From: a bacterium
GTDB lineage: Bacteria; SZUA-182; DTGQ01; JAFGSM01
NCBI GenBank assembly: GCA_049472335.1
Contig: JBLIRO010000049.1
Coordinates: forward strand, 1-36,336
Direction of reading: 5' to 3'
DNA length: 36,336 nucleotides
In this document: piece by piece, positions 19,575-30,209 of the stretch
How the letters are laid out: every line of letters starts with the position of its first letter
How positions within the stretch are numbered: the stretch's first letter is position 1
Notes under the pieces: generated by a model
Databases searched by the model: none
Told to the model about the DNA's origin: nothing
Seen by the model: the letters and a program-made list of their open reading frames with translations, nothing else
Program-made: the position numbers and the translations under genes

Positions 19575-20651
19575 ATGGATTTTAGAACAATTTTAGGATG
19601 TTTGCTTATTTTATCTTTTGCAATTGCCTTTCAAAATGCATATGCTGACACAAAGCTTGAAAAGGCAACATTTGCGGGCGGTTGTTTCTGGTGTATGGAA
19701 TCGCCTTTTGAAAAACTGGAGGGAGTGATTTCTGTAACTTCAGGCTATACAGGCGGGGATAAGGAAAATCCTACATATGAGGAGGTTTCCTCCGGAAGTA
19801 CCGGACATGTTGAAGCCATTGAAATCTTATTCGATCCCGATAAGGTATCCTACTCCCGGTTGCTCGATATATTCTGGAAACAGGTGGACCCGACTGATGA
19901 AAATGGACAGTTTGTGGACCGGGGAAATCAGTACAGGACGGCAATTTTTTATCACAGCGAGGAACAAAGGATACTTGCTGAAAGGTCCAAAAAAGAGCTG
20001 GAGGAATCAAAAAGATACCCAAATCCCATAGTTACGGAAATCGTTCCGGCATCCAGATTTTATAATGCAGAGGAATATCATCAGGATTACTATAAGAAGA
20101 ATCCCGTTAAATACGAATTTTACAGATCCGGATCAGGCCGGGATCAATATCTAAAAAAGGTATGGGATAATGAAATGGAAAAGGATCAGAAAGAAAGTGA
20201 CAAAAAAGGCAAGAAATATGGAAAGCCCTCTAAAGAAGAGCTTAGAAAAAGACTAACCCCGCTGCAATATAAGGTAACCCAGAAAGAAGGAACTGAAAAG
20301 CCTTTTGATAATGAATACTGGGACAATAAGAAAGAGGGGATCTATGTGGACATCGTCTCCGGTGAGCCGCTTTTCAGCTCTAAAGACAAATTTGATTCCG
20401 GGACCGGATGGCCCAGCTTTATCGAGCCCCTTGTCAAGGAAAATATCGTAGAAAAGGAAGACAGGAGTCTATTCACCAAAAGGACCGAAGTAAGAAGCAA
20501 GAATGCTGATTCTCATCTCGGACATGTTTTCGATGACGGTCCGCCTCCGACAGGACTGCGTTACTGCATTAACTCTGCCGCCCTTCGTTTCATTCCAAAA
20601 GAGGATTTAGAAAAAGAGGGTTATGGGGAATTTAAAAAACTTTTTGAGTAA
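19575..20651 (+). CDS. msrAB: Bifunctional peptide-methionine sulfoxide reductase MsrA/MsrB with a signal peptide
   Basis: [40 protein letters not shown]-terminal AYA cleavage site. Confidence 0.96.
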   Translation: MDFRTILGCLLILSFAIAFQNAYADTKLEKATFAGGCFWCMESPFEKLEGVISVTSGYTGGDKENPTYEEVSSGSTGHVEAIEILFDPDKVSYSRLLDIFWKQVDPTDENGQFVDRGNQYRTAIFYHSEEQRILAERSKKELEESKRYPNPIVTEIVPASRFYNAEEYHQDYYKKNPVKYEFYRSGSGRDQYLKKVWDNEMEKDQKESDKKGKKYGKPSKEELRKRLTPLQYKVTQKEGTEKPFDNEYWDNKKEGIYVDIVSGEPLFSSKDKFDSGTGWPSFIEPLVKENIVEKEDRSLFTKRTEVRSKNADSHLGHVFDDGPPPTGLRYCINSAALRFIPKEDLEKEGYGEFKKLFE

Positions 20652-20706
20652 AAAGCTCATGATCCATAATGTTTCCCCGGCAGGCATGGAATTCAAATCA
20701 AGCCAT

Positions 20707-22094
20707 CTAAAAATAAAAAATTATGGATGAATAGAGGGAATGTTGTTTAACTTCTGCGGTGATCCTTTTTCCCAGCATCCCTTCGGAACCTTTTTTTTCC
20801 CCGAACCGATATTGATAGGCAATGTCGAAAGCTAAATCCTTTCCTGAAATGCCTGTACCGATGCTTGCGCCGAAGAAGTCATCCACCTTCCCTTCTGCAG
20901 GCTCGGGATCATAAAAGATGCCGCATCGCAGAGGTATGTGGCGCCCTTTTTTAAACAGCAGGTATTCGGTGCCAAGACGAATTTGGGTGGTAGGCTTTAT
21001 GTTTGCCTCATGTTCCGGCTTATAGTTGATTGGGCTATAGCGGCCTGAAGAAGTGATCATAAGATAGTCATCCCAGTGTGTCCTGTAGATATCCAGGGAG
21101 AATATAAGATAGTTGTCCAGAAAACTAAAGCGGCTCCAGCGCCGTATGAAAAAGGCATGTTTAACCTGGAGCATCTGTGAGGTGAAAACTGAATGTATTC
21201 CCTTTCGTTAGGGTCTGCAAGGTTTTCTGAGAGGTATACATATTTGAGTGTATGGTCGATACGGGCACGAAAGGGGGTCTTGATTACCCCTCCGATTTTG
21301 AATCTCCTGTTGATTTGCCAGAGAAATCCAAAATGGAGGTTGAATCCTGAAAATTCATATCTCTCGAAGAGCTGGCCGGATGATCTCATTGGGTATCCGA
21401 GAACCATACCCTTTCTATTGAATGTTGATATGTTCTCCCAATAGTTATTAAAGATTCTATCGGACCATATATTTGCCGTAATCCCTAAAGAGAGGGAAGG
21501 GACAACCTGGATTGCAAATGCCGGAGACAGCGGCGCCAAGGCGCCTTGCTGTTTTTCATGAAGATTATTTTCAAGGTCAAGGCCCTCCGGATCATATTCT
21601 GACCATTGGGATTGCTCTTCATAGGAGAACGAATAGAGGTGTTGATAATTCATTGAAAAAACCATGAGCCTTGATAAGAAGCTGAAAGGGAGTGCAAGGC
21701 TCAGGTAGTTCAAACGGAATTGGTCATTGGAAAAATCATCGATAGATCCTGAGACGGAAGATGTATCATATATTCTTTTCCCATGATCATTCGATATCAC
21801 AAAGGAAATCTCGGGCCGTTTCAGGATAATGAGCGCTGCGGGATTCCAGGATGCTGCCGTGGCATCATCAGCAATGGCGATAAAAGAACCCCCCATCCCT
21901 AAGGCCCTGGCCCCTGATCCCACCGGATTGGGGCTTGAGCGTATCTGCATCTGTAATAATAGCTCGGAAGCATCATCAACTGCCAGCGAGGAAGCCGGGA
22001 AGATGACCATAAAGAGCATCAAGAGTGAGAAGAAATGAAGAATAAGCTTCTTATTTTTGTTCTTTTTCGTTATAATATACACACTCAATCCCAT
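20707..22094 (-). pseudogene. OmpP1/FadL/PorV-like outer-membrane beta-barrel, frameshifted near 21127-21129 (~462 aa if repaired)
   Basis: PVGSGARALGMGG.FIAIADDATAASWNPA N-terminus in the 345-aa ORF; barrel strands and terminal IFYF in the 155-aa ORF; adding one T joins YGAGAA to FSFLDN. Confidence 0.85.
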
Positions 22095-23269
22095 ACACTT
22101 TTAATAAGGCACAGTCCTACATTTTCAAGATCGATATCAAGCTCTTCCGGATAGGCAAGGCCACCAGTTAAGATAAATTCACCGGTATAATCACCTTCTT
22201 TATTCTTTTGATTAATCCCAGTTAGTATTGAAATCCGGAGTGCATTCCGGGAGAGGATTTCCACTGGTATGACTCTCCATGCATTTTCATCATAAAGGTA
22301 AAATTGCGCGTTATCGTAAATAATCTGATTTTCAGATGTGTATAAGGAAAGCATCAGAGTATCTGTTTCAACCGGGATATCCAGATAAGCCCTAAATAAA
22401 CCATAGGGGAAGAAAAATCCCTCGGGAGGCCCTTGTATGATGTCCGGAGAGTCTGTAAAGAAGGGGATGAGGTATGTGAATAAAGGCCCCTGTTCGTTTT
22501 TTTCCTGTAAATCCAGGGTGATCTGCTTGCTCTTTGTAAAATCCTTGGCTTGGATAAAAATAGTGACAGTATCTGGGTCCGCTGAGTTTTCGATTCCGTC
22601 TTCGTCAATATCTCCCTCAATCTCTTCATAATCAAAGGAGCCATCACCATCCAGATCCTGATCATCAGGTTCAAGAAGCTCCAGATAGTCAATGAAAATT
22701 GAATGGTTATCCGCGGTAAGTGAGATATTCTTGATGATAAGTGTGTTTTCCTCATGCAGCCCCTTCCAGATAATCCCCACAGGGATTTCAGGGGTTTTAT
22801 CAGGGTCCGGATAGAATGAAGGAAGCCTTAAATCCTGTGAAAGGATATCACCGTTCCCTTTTGTCACAATAAGCCCCTGCGTAAAGTTTCTAACAGCAGA
22901 TCTTGCCTTAATTCGAAGAACCGGACAGCGAAGGTCTCCGGGATAGCTATACTTGATATGAATCTCTTTTGGATTAAAGGATGCCTCCGGAGGCCAGATC
23001 CTACTGGGAAAGGATTTCCAGTCATAAGCGTTTGTATCCTGCGGGAGTAAAAATTGAACGACCTCTTGATTGATTGCAGGATCAGACCCGATGCTTCCCG
23101 GAAGCCCGAATACATTTGCACTGCCGTCATCCTCTCCAATCCTCCAGATCGTTTTAGCGGATGCGCGAAATGAGAGCAATATTATGAACAAGGAGATCAC
23201 AAGAATAGGCCACATGTATCCGTATTCCCTTCTCCGGCAATATACATACCTGTTCCTGTATATGCTCAT
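22085..23269 (-). CDS. Secreted protein: CBM/jelly-roll-like domain, Asp-rich Ca-binding repeat, choice-of-anchor-U-like domain, Cys-containing tail
   Basis: Signal peptide; WRIGEDDGS...IFIDYLEL; DLDGDG..DIDEDGIENSADPD; FPYGLF; GLCLIKSVWD; overlaps both neighbouring genes. Confidence 0.75.
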   Translation of the reverse strand: MSIYRNRYVYCRRREYGYMWPILVISLFIILLSFRASAKTIWRIGEDDGSANVFGLPGSIGSDPAINQEVVQFLLPQDTNAYDWKSFPSRIWPPEASFNPKEIHIKYSYPGDLRCPVLRIKARSAVRNFTQGLIVTKGNGDILSQDLRLPSFYPDPDKTPEIPVGIIWKGLHEENTLIIKNISLTADNHSIFIDYLELLEPDDQDLDGDGSFDYEEIEGDIDEDGIENSADPDTVTIFIQAKDFTKSKQITLDLQEKNEQGPLFTYLIPFFTDSPDIIQGPPEGFFFPYGLFRAYLDIPVETDTLMLSLYTSENQIIYDNAQFYLYDENAWRVIPVEILSRNALRISILTGINQKNKEGDYTGEFILTGGLAYPEELDIDLENVGLCLIKSVWD

Positions 23270-24924
23270 TGTTTAATCCTTATTAAGTTTACGTCCCCGG
23301 GTGAGATGGAAAGATCCTTTTTGACCCCTATGACATATGCATCCTCGGGTGAGATAAAGAAATCTTTTCCTGCGGGCCGTCCGAAGAAAATATATGCGGA
23401 CTCCCAGGCCCCTTTTCCCTCTTGAGTATTATTATATCGGCTCATGGATTTTATTCCGTTCGCGTCTTCATTCTGTATGAATTGATAGGATGAATAGGGG
23501 CCTCTTTGGGGATTCCAGAGAATGGGGCACACATTGATTCCCGGTTTTATTTCCTGGATGGTCAGAGGGGGTTCTGACTGCATTTCTTGATAGATGGCCC
23601 CATGGGTTTGCTTATAGATGGTGTATCCTGTGCCGTATTTTAATGTAAAATTTTCCCCCTGTGAATTGACATCCCAATGTTGCCAGCGTTTATTTTCCTT
23701 GTCATATCCCCAAATGGATTGCCACTCGTTCAGGAATTGTGAACAAAAGTCACTGGCGGTGTATGGATCGTTAAGGCAGAATGGGATCAGTATTAGCTGG
23801 GGAAAGAGAGGACACTCGATGGAATAGAGGAACGGATGTGTCCCGTTCAAGAATTCCTCCACATTCACGAATCCGTCGAAATCATTGGTGTCCAGCCATT
23901 TGGGAAGTATCGCGTTTGGATCGATTGCATCTTGCCAGATTTCATAGAGGATTTCCAGTGAAGAGAGGGTGTCGTTGGGATCATAAGGAGGCTCGACAGG
24001 ATGTGATATCTGTATATCATTGATTCTTTCAATATTCCTTTCAGATAGAATGATAGTAAAGGGGGGGACCAGATAGTTATTGGGGTCCTCTTCCTTAGTT
24101 ACAAAAAATTCATATGAGCAGTTAGCAAAAAGGTCGTCAATAAAGAACCATCCATCGATTTTTGATTGCTCAAGAGGTATTTCCCATAATTCCCCTATGC
24201 TATCTGTCATATCTTCCCTGCTTCCTGCACTGTTTTTTAGCACTATGTGAATCCTGTTAATCCCTTTTCCATCCGGGTTTACGACACGTCCATATACGCC
24301 TGCTCCCAGAGTCACTAACGGCGGAGGATCTGCCTTCATCCAAAACCTGTACGTGAACGCTTTTCCATCCTCAACCGGCACGGTATCTGAAGCGAAAACG
24401 GGCTCGAGTTTCAACGTGAAGTGTCCGTTCCTGGGGCATTGTCAATAATAGAAATTATTTTTAATAATCTTATCCGCCCATATTGTATTCAGCCCTTTTG
24501 CATCGAAAAGGGACATGCGCACACCGACATCCAATTCTGCCGTGTAAACCTCTATGAAGAAATAGTAACGAAACTGATTTAACCCAAAGAAGTATATCCA
24601 GTCCTTATCAGTTTCGGAATGAAATGTCCGGACCTGACTAAGAACATTGCCCTGGTCTATTTGAACGGCAACGGGATTGGCTTGGTCTGTGATATTGTCC
24701 GGTTCATACCGGTCTTCAGTTTTTGGATCGATGATTATTGGCTCTGCTTCCGAAATTTGTGAAAAACGTGTAACGGAAAAGTTATCATTGTTCAGAATGG
24801 TTATGTCATCCTGTGCGCCCGTTGTGGGAGGAAACATAAGGATGATACAAAATAAGGTTATAATAGAGACATGAAGACCATACCTCCAGGACTCAATAAT
24901 AGTTTTATTCCTTAAACATCTCAT
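23266..24924 (-). pseudogene. Secreted PPC-like/carboxypeptidase-regulatory-like protein with tandem C-terminal domain, interrupted by an in-frame TGA at 24442-24444 (552 aa if read through)
   Basis: The 160-aa and 382-aa ORFs are in frame and joined by *QCPRNGHFT; homologous to the C-terminal part of the 1674-aa protein. Confidence 0.85.
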
Positions 24925-24974
24925 ATTTTAATTCCCTTCAAAATAGATCTAACCATGCTTTTTATAAAACTCCG

Positions 24975-27119
24975 TCATTTGGTAATCACACTGTCTCCTT
25001 TCCTGAATTGACGAAGCGCCTTTTTGTGAGCCGGCAATACAAGTGAATGCTTCCCGGATACCTCCTCTATCCTCCCTTCACCCATAATCTCAGCGTCTCC
25101 GTATGGGGTAGCCTTTTGCCCTGAATGTTCCCCATCTTTTAACCGGTAAACCCATAGCTCCATCCCTCTTTTTATGTTAGTTTCTGTGCCGAGGTTTATC
25201 AAAAAGGTTTCGTCATACAGCTCCACAATTTCACCCCTTACCAGGGGAAACTCCTCGACAAACCTTTGTGAGAGACCATTTGACAGGAAATCGATATCCT
25301 CCGGTTCCTTCCATCGATTGTATATATTTTGTATACTCAATATCTCCTGAGTCTCCACATCTATCAACCGTGCATAGATCTCCAGACAGCGGTTTTGCCC
25401 TTCCCAGTGTTCGAAGAAGGAGCCGCCAAGAAGTACATCAGCGCCAATGCCCTTCCCTATTTTGACCGCCATGTTCGGATCAATGGTACATCCATAGGCA
25501 AGATTCAATTCTCGCATAACGGCATCGATCCTTTCTCTTTCCAGTATCCTGAAACGTCCGGCGTTAAAAAAGGATGCCCGGATCTTTTCCGAGATATAGG
25601 CTATGGTACCCTGTGCCGGCGGTGCGAAAATGGGTAAATCACCTCCTGATATAATATCAAAAGGTAAAATTGCCATGGCCCATCTTCTTCCGATTTTTTG
25701 TATCTCAGAGACCCTGTATTCAATCCATATCTCATGTGTGGGGGAGATCTTTTCACTGTCCTGAGCGTAAATGGTGATGAGATTTTTACCCTCTTCCTTT
25801 AGGTGTATTGTCCGGGTAAACGAGAAACGGATCGCATCCCCAAATATGTGGGAACGATATTTATGGAAGATTCTTCTAAAACGGGGGATTAGCGCCTCAG
25901 ACTCATCCTTTGACAGGATCGATTCATTTTTTATCCATACATTCAGGATCTCTCTGGGTGATTCCGCCCATCCCGTTATAACCACAAATGGTTCAAAAAC
26001 TATGGACGGAGAAGGTTCCAGATGAATTATCGGGCCGTCAGAATCCTCCTTTGCAAGAAGACGGAGGATACGGCCGGAACATATCTTAATCTCCTCTCCC
26101 GACGCAGCAGGAGAGATATCCTGTGTGGGGTCCCATAGGGTGGCAAGGGTGCCTTTTGTAACATTTCCCGCCCGGTCCCAGACAGAGAAGGTTACCTGTG
26201 AGTAAAGAGGGACCTTTTTATCAATTTCATGAATATTCTCAGTATTTATAAGGGGTAACTCCTCATCTGATATGATTATTTTTTCTATTCCAGAGGCATC
26301 GTAAACGATCCCCCTCAGTGTGGCCATGGCGCCTTCGGATTCCAGGGTAATATCTTCATGGGACACCGGTGCAAACATGACTATGGGGCCTTTTTGGTCT
26401 AGGATAACACGAAGATGTTTGACGGCATGGTTGCCCGCCAGGTCGGCGACATCAAAATTGATCACGTTTTCTCCGGGATTCAGGATTACCTTTTTCTTAA
26501 ATGGAATCACGGGCCCGGCGAGCTCTACAAACAAACGCTCATCATGAATAGTAATCCCGGATACAAAGTAATCGTCTCTGGCCTCTCCTTCTATCACAAA
26601 GCCAGATTGAGAGGTATGGATTAAGGCCTGGTCGTCATCCGGCCTTCCGGAAAAGAGAATGGAGGGCGGGGTTGTATCGAGCCCTGTTTCCTCCAGCCAC
26701 TTCCTCCTTGCTTCGTTTAGATAATAGGTGGCCCTGGCGGATTTTGCCGATGCCAGGGATTGTAAAAGCTCATCGATGGCCTCGCTTGTACGTCCCTGGT
26801 TGAGATAGATGATCCCCAGTTCCCTGTGCGGGAAGTAGTCCAGAAAGTGCATGCCGTAAGTCCTTGTCCTCCATCTGTCCTTTGGATTTTGTGAAATTGC
26901 GGCGCGAAGTTCCGATATGGCCTTATCCGGGCAACCTCCCCGGGCGTAAGTGAGACCGCTTCGATAACAGCATTCCCAGTCATAGCGGCGCCTGCACTCG
27001 GAGGGAGGCTCATTGTTTAAACAGGGTGAACGCTCAGCTACGGCACAGCCTGAGAGCAGGAGAATACAAAGAATAAAGGTAGGTATATTCTCTTTGACGA
27101 ATTCACTTGACCTGTCCAT
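24975..27119 (-). CDS. Lipoprotein with TPR, Ig-like repeats, a CsgG/HfaB-like domain and a FlgT-C-like domain
   Basis: Lipobox LLSGC; HRELGIIYLNQGRTSEAIDEL (TPR); LNPGENVINFDVADLAGN (Ig-like); FRILERERIDAVMREL...ARLIDVETQEIL; INLGTETNIKRG. Confidence 0.85.
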   Translation of the reverse strand: MDRSSEFVKENIPTFILCILLLSGCAVAERSPCLNNEPPSECRRRYDWECCYRSGLTYARGGCPDKAISELRAAISQNPKDRWRTRTYGMHFLDYFPHRELGIIYLNQGRTSEAIDELLQSLASAKSARATYYLNEARRKWLEETGLDTTPPSILFSGRPDDDQALIHTSQSGFVIEGEARDDYFVSGITIHDERLFVELAGPVIPFKKKVILNPGENVINFDVADLAGNHAVKHLRVILDQKGPIVMFAPVSHEDITLESEGAMATLRGIVYDASGIEKIIISDEELPLINTENIHEIDKKVPLYSQVTFSVWDRAGNVTKGTLATLWDPTQDISPAASGEEIKICSGRILRLLAKEDSDGPIIHLEPSPSIVFEPFVVITGWAESPREILNVWIKNESILSKDESEALIPRFRRIFHKYRSHIFGDAIRFSFTRTIHLKEEGKNLITIYAQDSEKISPTHEIWIEYRVSEIQKIGRRWAMAILPFDIISGGDLPIFAPPAQGTIAYISEKIRASFFNAGRFRILERERIDAVMRELNLAYGCTIDPNMAVKIGKGIGADVLLGGSFFEHWEGQNRCLEIYARLIDVETQEILSIQNIYNRWKEPEDIDFLSNGLSQRFVEEFPLVRGEIVELYDETFLINLGTETNIKRGMELWVYRLKDGEHSGQKATPYGDAEIMGEGRIEEVSGKHSLVLPAHKKALRQFRKGDSVITK

Positions 27120-27130
27120 TTTTGTATATA

Positions 27131-29158
27131 CTATCTTTCATCCCTTTTCTCTAAGGATGCTATGAGTTTTTCACCTAGGAGCCTGCCGGCGTCCTTTATG
27201 TCATATGGGTCAAAATATTCCGAAACACGCGCTTTTATGGCAGTAGTTTTTGTGTCCACAAGACGGAGGAAAGCCTCTTTTCTGTTGTTTAAAACGGGAA
27301 GGCGGCCGGGATGTTCGAAGGCCTTAACAAATAGTATCCCCCGGGCATCAAAGATCTCTTGTAAGGAAAAGCGGAGTTTGTCTTCAGTAAGATTCAATGT
27401 CTTTAATTCAAGCTCTCTGATCACAAAATCCAGGCGCTCTCTCTCCACGACTATATAGTCCGGCTGTTTTTCAAAAAATGTGAGCAGTTCCTCCACAAGG
27501 AGTTCAGTGTCTTTATCCCTTTTAACAGGATCGGAAGGGACAATACACAGCGTGTATTTACTATCGGTGATTGAAGAGGATGCAGAGGGGGGAGCGTTCT
27601 TGCCCGTGTATGAATTTGTGCGGCTGTATCCTTTTCTCATATTATCGATGATCCTTTCGACAATCTCCCACTTTTTTTCTTCCCATTCAAGGTCCGTGTA
27701 TTTATTATAACCTCCGGTATCCTCTGTTATCGGTCGAGCCCGAAACCTTATGAAAAAAAGGAAAAGAAGAACACTTGCTATAACTCCAAGCGCAATCCAT
27801 TTGCCCGGTTTTTTAGACACATGGAATCCTCGCGAAGCCCTTGCGGCCTTATGATAAGAGGGTTCTGAAGATTCATCCACGGTCCGGGCAGAGGTGGCGC
27901 CGAATGAATCCGTTGCCCTTGTATCGCTACCGGTACGGTAGGGAGACCCTGTGAATATACCATCCGGCTGATTCTTCTCCTTTATTCCCAGGGCGTGTCG
28001 CCCTTGCCCTGTTTCCTCCTGTGGTTGAATCTGACTGAAATAGCAGGTTGTCGGGTCTCCATAGAGCATATAATAGGCCCAAAAAAGATTGTTTTTGCCA
28101 TGCTCTTCGCATCCATTTATGAACCGGATTCTCGCATTTCGAAGGGCCTCGCCTATACTGTGGGATTGGGCCATTAATTCGTAGAAGTATAATCCCAGGG
28201 AAAGGCCGGACATATCCCTTACATCCCGAAATGTGCCTATGTAATGCTGCACCCCTGAGCGCAGAAAGGCATTCACCAGGTCATAGGCATAATAATGGCC
28301 CCAATCCTTGTGGTCTGTTGCGGACCATTCCGAGGTCTGTCCGCTTTGACAGGCATTGGAGAATATCAGGGAAGGGAGCGGTTTTTTACATCCCGCCATC
28401 TGCATGATCCTTTGAGCGGTCAAGATGCCGTCTTCAAGCACCCAGCCGCTCATATCCGGATTTTCCTGGTTGTATACGGCATGACCCGCGTAATGAATGA
28501 TATCGTATTCAAAGATCTGGCGGGAAACCATTTTTGAATCTATGGATGTGGAAACAATATTGACATCCAGAAGGTCCCCCCAGTTTTCCAGTTTCTTATG
28601 CAGAAGGACCCCTTCCTGATAGGATTTCGGCAGATCGTTTTTCGGGTCCGCAAGGATCAGCATCCTGATCCTCTTTCGATCCGAAATCTTGTGACTGACT
28701 GTGGGATGTGAGGTGTAAACCCTTCTGCCCATATTGAACCGCAGGCAAAAAAATTCCTCACCATCATAGGCAAGCTCCCAGGGGATATGGAGAAGCGAAT
28801 CATTGATTGTCAGGTAAAGGTTTTTGGAACCGGCGGCAGCAAGCCTTTTCTTAATAGGTATGGGAAAGATGGAATTATATAGATCCAGACCGGCTTGCTG
28901 TAATTTTTTTGTGATATTCCCCTTGTCGTATTCTGATGAATAGATAGAGGCATATAAGAGGGAATATATCTCATCGGAGACGGACTTGAGGCCTGATGGG
29001 GAAATGTTGGTATTGATATAGGATTGGAGGGGGCCTTCCTCACCCTTTCTTTTTTCCTCAAAGAACAGACTCAATTTCTGGCCAGTGGCTTCATGCAGGA
29101 CCTTGAGATCTATCATGGTGTCGTTTTGGCTGTTTGTATGAGGATTTGAAATGCTCAT
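27131..29158 (-). CDS. CHAT (caspase HetF-associated) protease with one TM helix and a C-terminal CsgG-like domain
   Basis: LLHIPWEL, IIHYAGHA (His 28481-28483), FSNACQSG (Cys 28349-28351), WAYYMLYGDP; TM WIALGVIASVLLFLFFI; YIVVERERLDFVIREL...LRLVDTKT. Confidence 0.9.
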   Translation of the reverse strand: MSISNPHTNSQNDTMIDLKVLHEATGQKLSLFFEEKRKGEEGPLQSYINTNISPSGLKSVSDEIYSLLYASIYSSEYDKGNITKKLQQAGLDLYNSIFPIPIKKRLAAAGSKNLYLTINDSLLHIPWELAYDGEEFFCLRFNMGRRVYTSHPTVSHKISDRKRIRMLILADPKNDLPKSYQEGVLLHKKLENWGDLLDVNIVSTSIDSKMVSRQIFEYDIIHYAGHAVYNQENPDMSGWVLEDGILTAQRIMQMAGCKKPLPSLIFSNACQSGQTSEWSATDHKDWGHYYAYDLVNAFLRSGVQHYIGTFRDVRDMSGLSLGLYFYELMAQSHSIGEALRNARIRFINGCEEHGKNNLFWAYYMLYGDPTTCYFSQIQPQEETGQGRHALGIKEKNQPDGIFTGSPYRTGSDTRATDSFGATSARTVDESSEPSYHKAARASRGFHVSKKPGKWIALGVIASVLLFLFFIRFRARPITEDTGGYNKYTDLEWEEKKWEIVERIIDNMRKGYSRTNSYTGKNAPPSASSSITDSKYTLCIVPSDPVKRDKDTELLVEELLTFFEKQPDYIVVERERLDFVIRELELKTLNLTEDKLRFSLQEIFDARGILFVKAFEHPGRLPVLNNRKEAFLRLVDTKTTAIKARVSEYFDPYDIKDAGRLLGEKLIASLEKRDER

Positions 29159-29270
29159 TGCACTTCACCTTCTTTTTGGCAATATTTTATTCGTTTAAAG
29201 GGCCGCTCTTCTTTGTGTGCCCGAGGGGTCATGACCTCACTAAATACTTTCAAAGAACCGAAAATGTTAC

Positions 29271-30014
29271 TTATTTTATTTCTATGGATACATCACCGAT
29301 CGATCGCCCTTCATCCCGGATATTTAATATATATTCGCCGGGAGGGATTCCCTGAAACATAAGGGAATCATTCTCAAGTAGAAAGGAACGAAGCATTCGG
29401 CCCGACTTCATAAGCTCAACCTTGATTCTTGGGCGTTCTTTTGTTTCAGTCAATGGGAAAATCTCACATTGAATTGTGCACTTCCCTTCTTCCTCTTCCA
29501 TGACTCGTATCCTTACCTTATAGTCTTCAAAGGTTTTTGAAAAGGGGGGCAGCGAGAGGGCCTTTTTTGGGGAGCCTCCTCGCACCAGAACAGGCCTTAA
29601 TTCATTCCAGAACGGCATAAACATGGCATCCGTCTCTTTTAATCTTAGTTGCCCTCCAATCCAGGCCAGGGAAATCTTTAAAGGTTTTATAACCGCGTCC
29701 TTTATTTCGTCAAGACCTGTTTTTGCCGGAAGCACAGATTCCATCCTTTCCCGCGCCTTTGATATTTCCCGCTGTTCCAAAGCCTCTGATTTGACCACAT
29801 CAATGACAAGCTGAAGACAAAAGGGACAGTCAAAAAGGTGCTCCTGAACCCTGTCCCTTTCCGCATCCGAAAGAAGCGATTCCAGATAATGAGAGATTTG
29901 CTCATCTGAAAGACATCCCTTTCTGTCATCCCGGTCATGGTCCGTACCTGTCCTTTGTTTTTCTTCTTTGGCAAAGGCCTGGTACATCAGATCATCAAAA
30001 TTTTCTTCTTTCAT
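29271..30014 (-). CDS. Soluble zf-HC2 (ZAS) anti-sigma factor with a C-terminal beta-sandwich
   Basis: CLSDEQISHYLE..L...ERDRVQEHLFDCPFC (HxxxCxxC); no TM segment; FQGIPPGEYILNI. Confidence 0.85.
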   Translation of the reverse strand: MKEENFDDLMYQAFAKEEKQRTGTDHDRDDRKGCLSDEQISHYLESLLSDAERDRVQEHLFDCPFCLQLVIDVVKSEALEQREISKARERMESVLPAKTGLDEIKDAVIKPLKISLAWIGGQLRLKETDAMFMPFWNELRPVLVRGGSPKKALSLPPFSKTFEDYKVRIRVMEEEEGKCTIQCEIFPLTETKERPRIKVELMKSGRMLRSFLLENDSLMFQGIPPGEYILNIRDEGRSIGDVSIEIK

Positions 30015-30111
30015 TATGAATCCCCTGTAATAAGAAGATCTGCCTCGTATCTATAACCGCTTTTAAATATATAGAGATAAAAAATTAATTTTTCCTTACA
30101 ATTTATCCTAT

Positions 30112-30126
30112 GCAATATATTAGCCA
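30112..30126 (-). promoter_or_regulatory. Sigma54 -24/-12 site upstream of the anti-sigma gene
   Basis: TGGCTAATATATTGC(A), GG-N10-GC, about 100 nt before the ATG. Confidence 0.5.
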
Positions 30127-30209
30127 ATTCTTTTGACCTCCGTTCTTCATCTTAAATCCCATAACCGGGATTCCTATTTAGTCCTGTAAGCATAAGGTGC
30201 ATAAATGTT

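Noticed and set aside
24442..24444. Alternative genetic code or selenocysteine
   Set aside because: TGA ends several clearly complete genes here (permease, otsA, dgkA); the paralogous residue is Trp, not Cys
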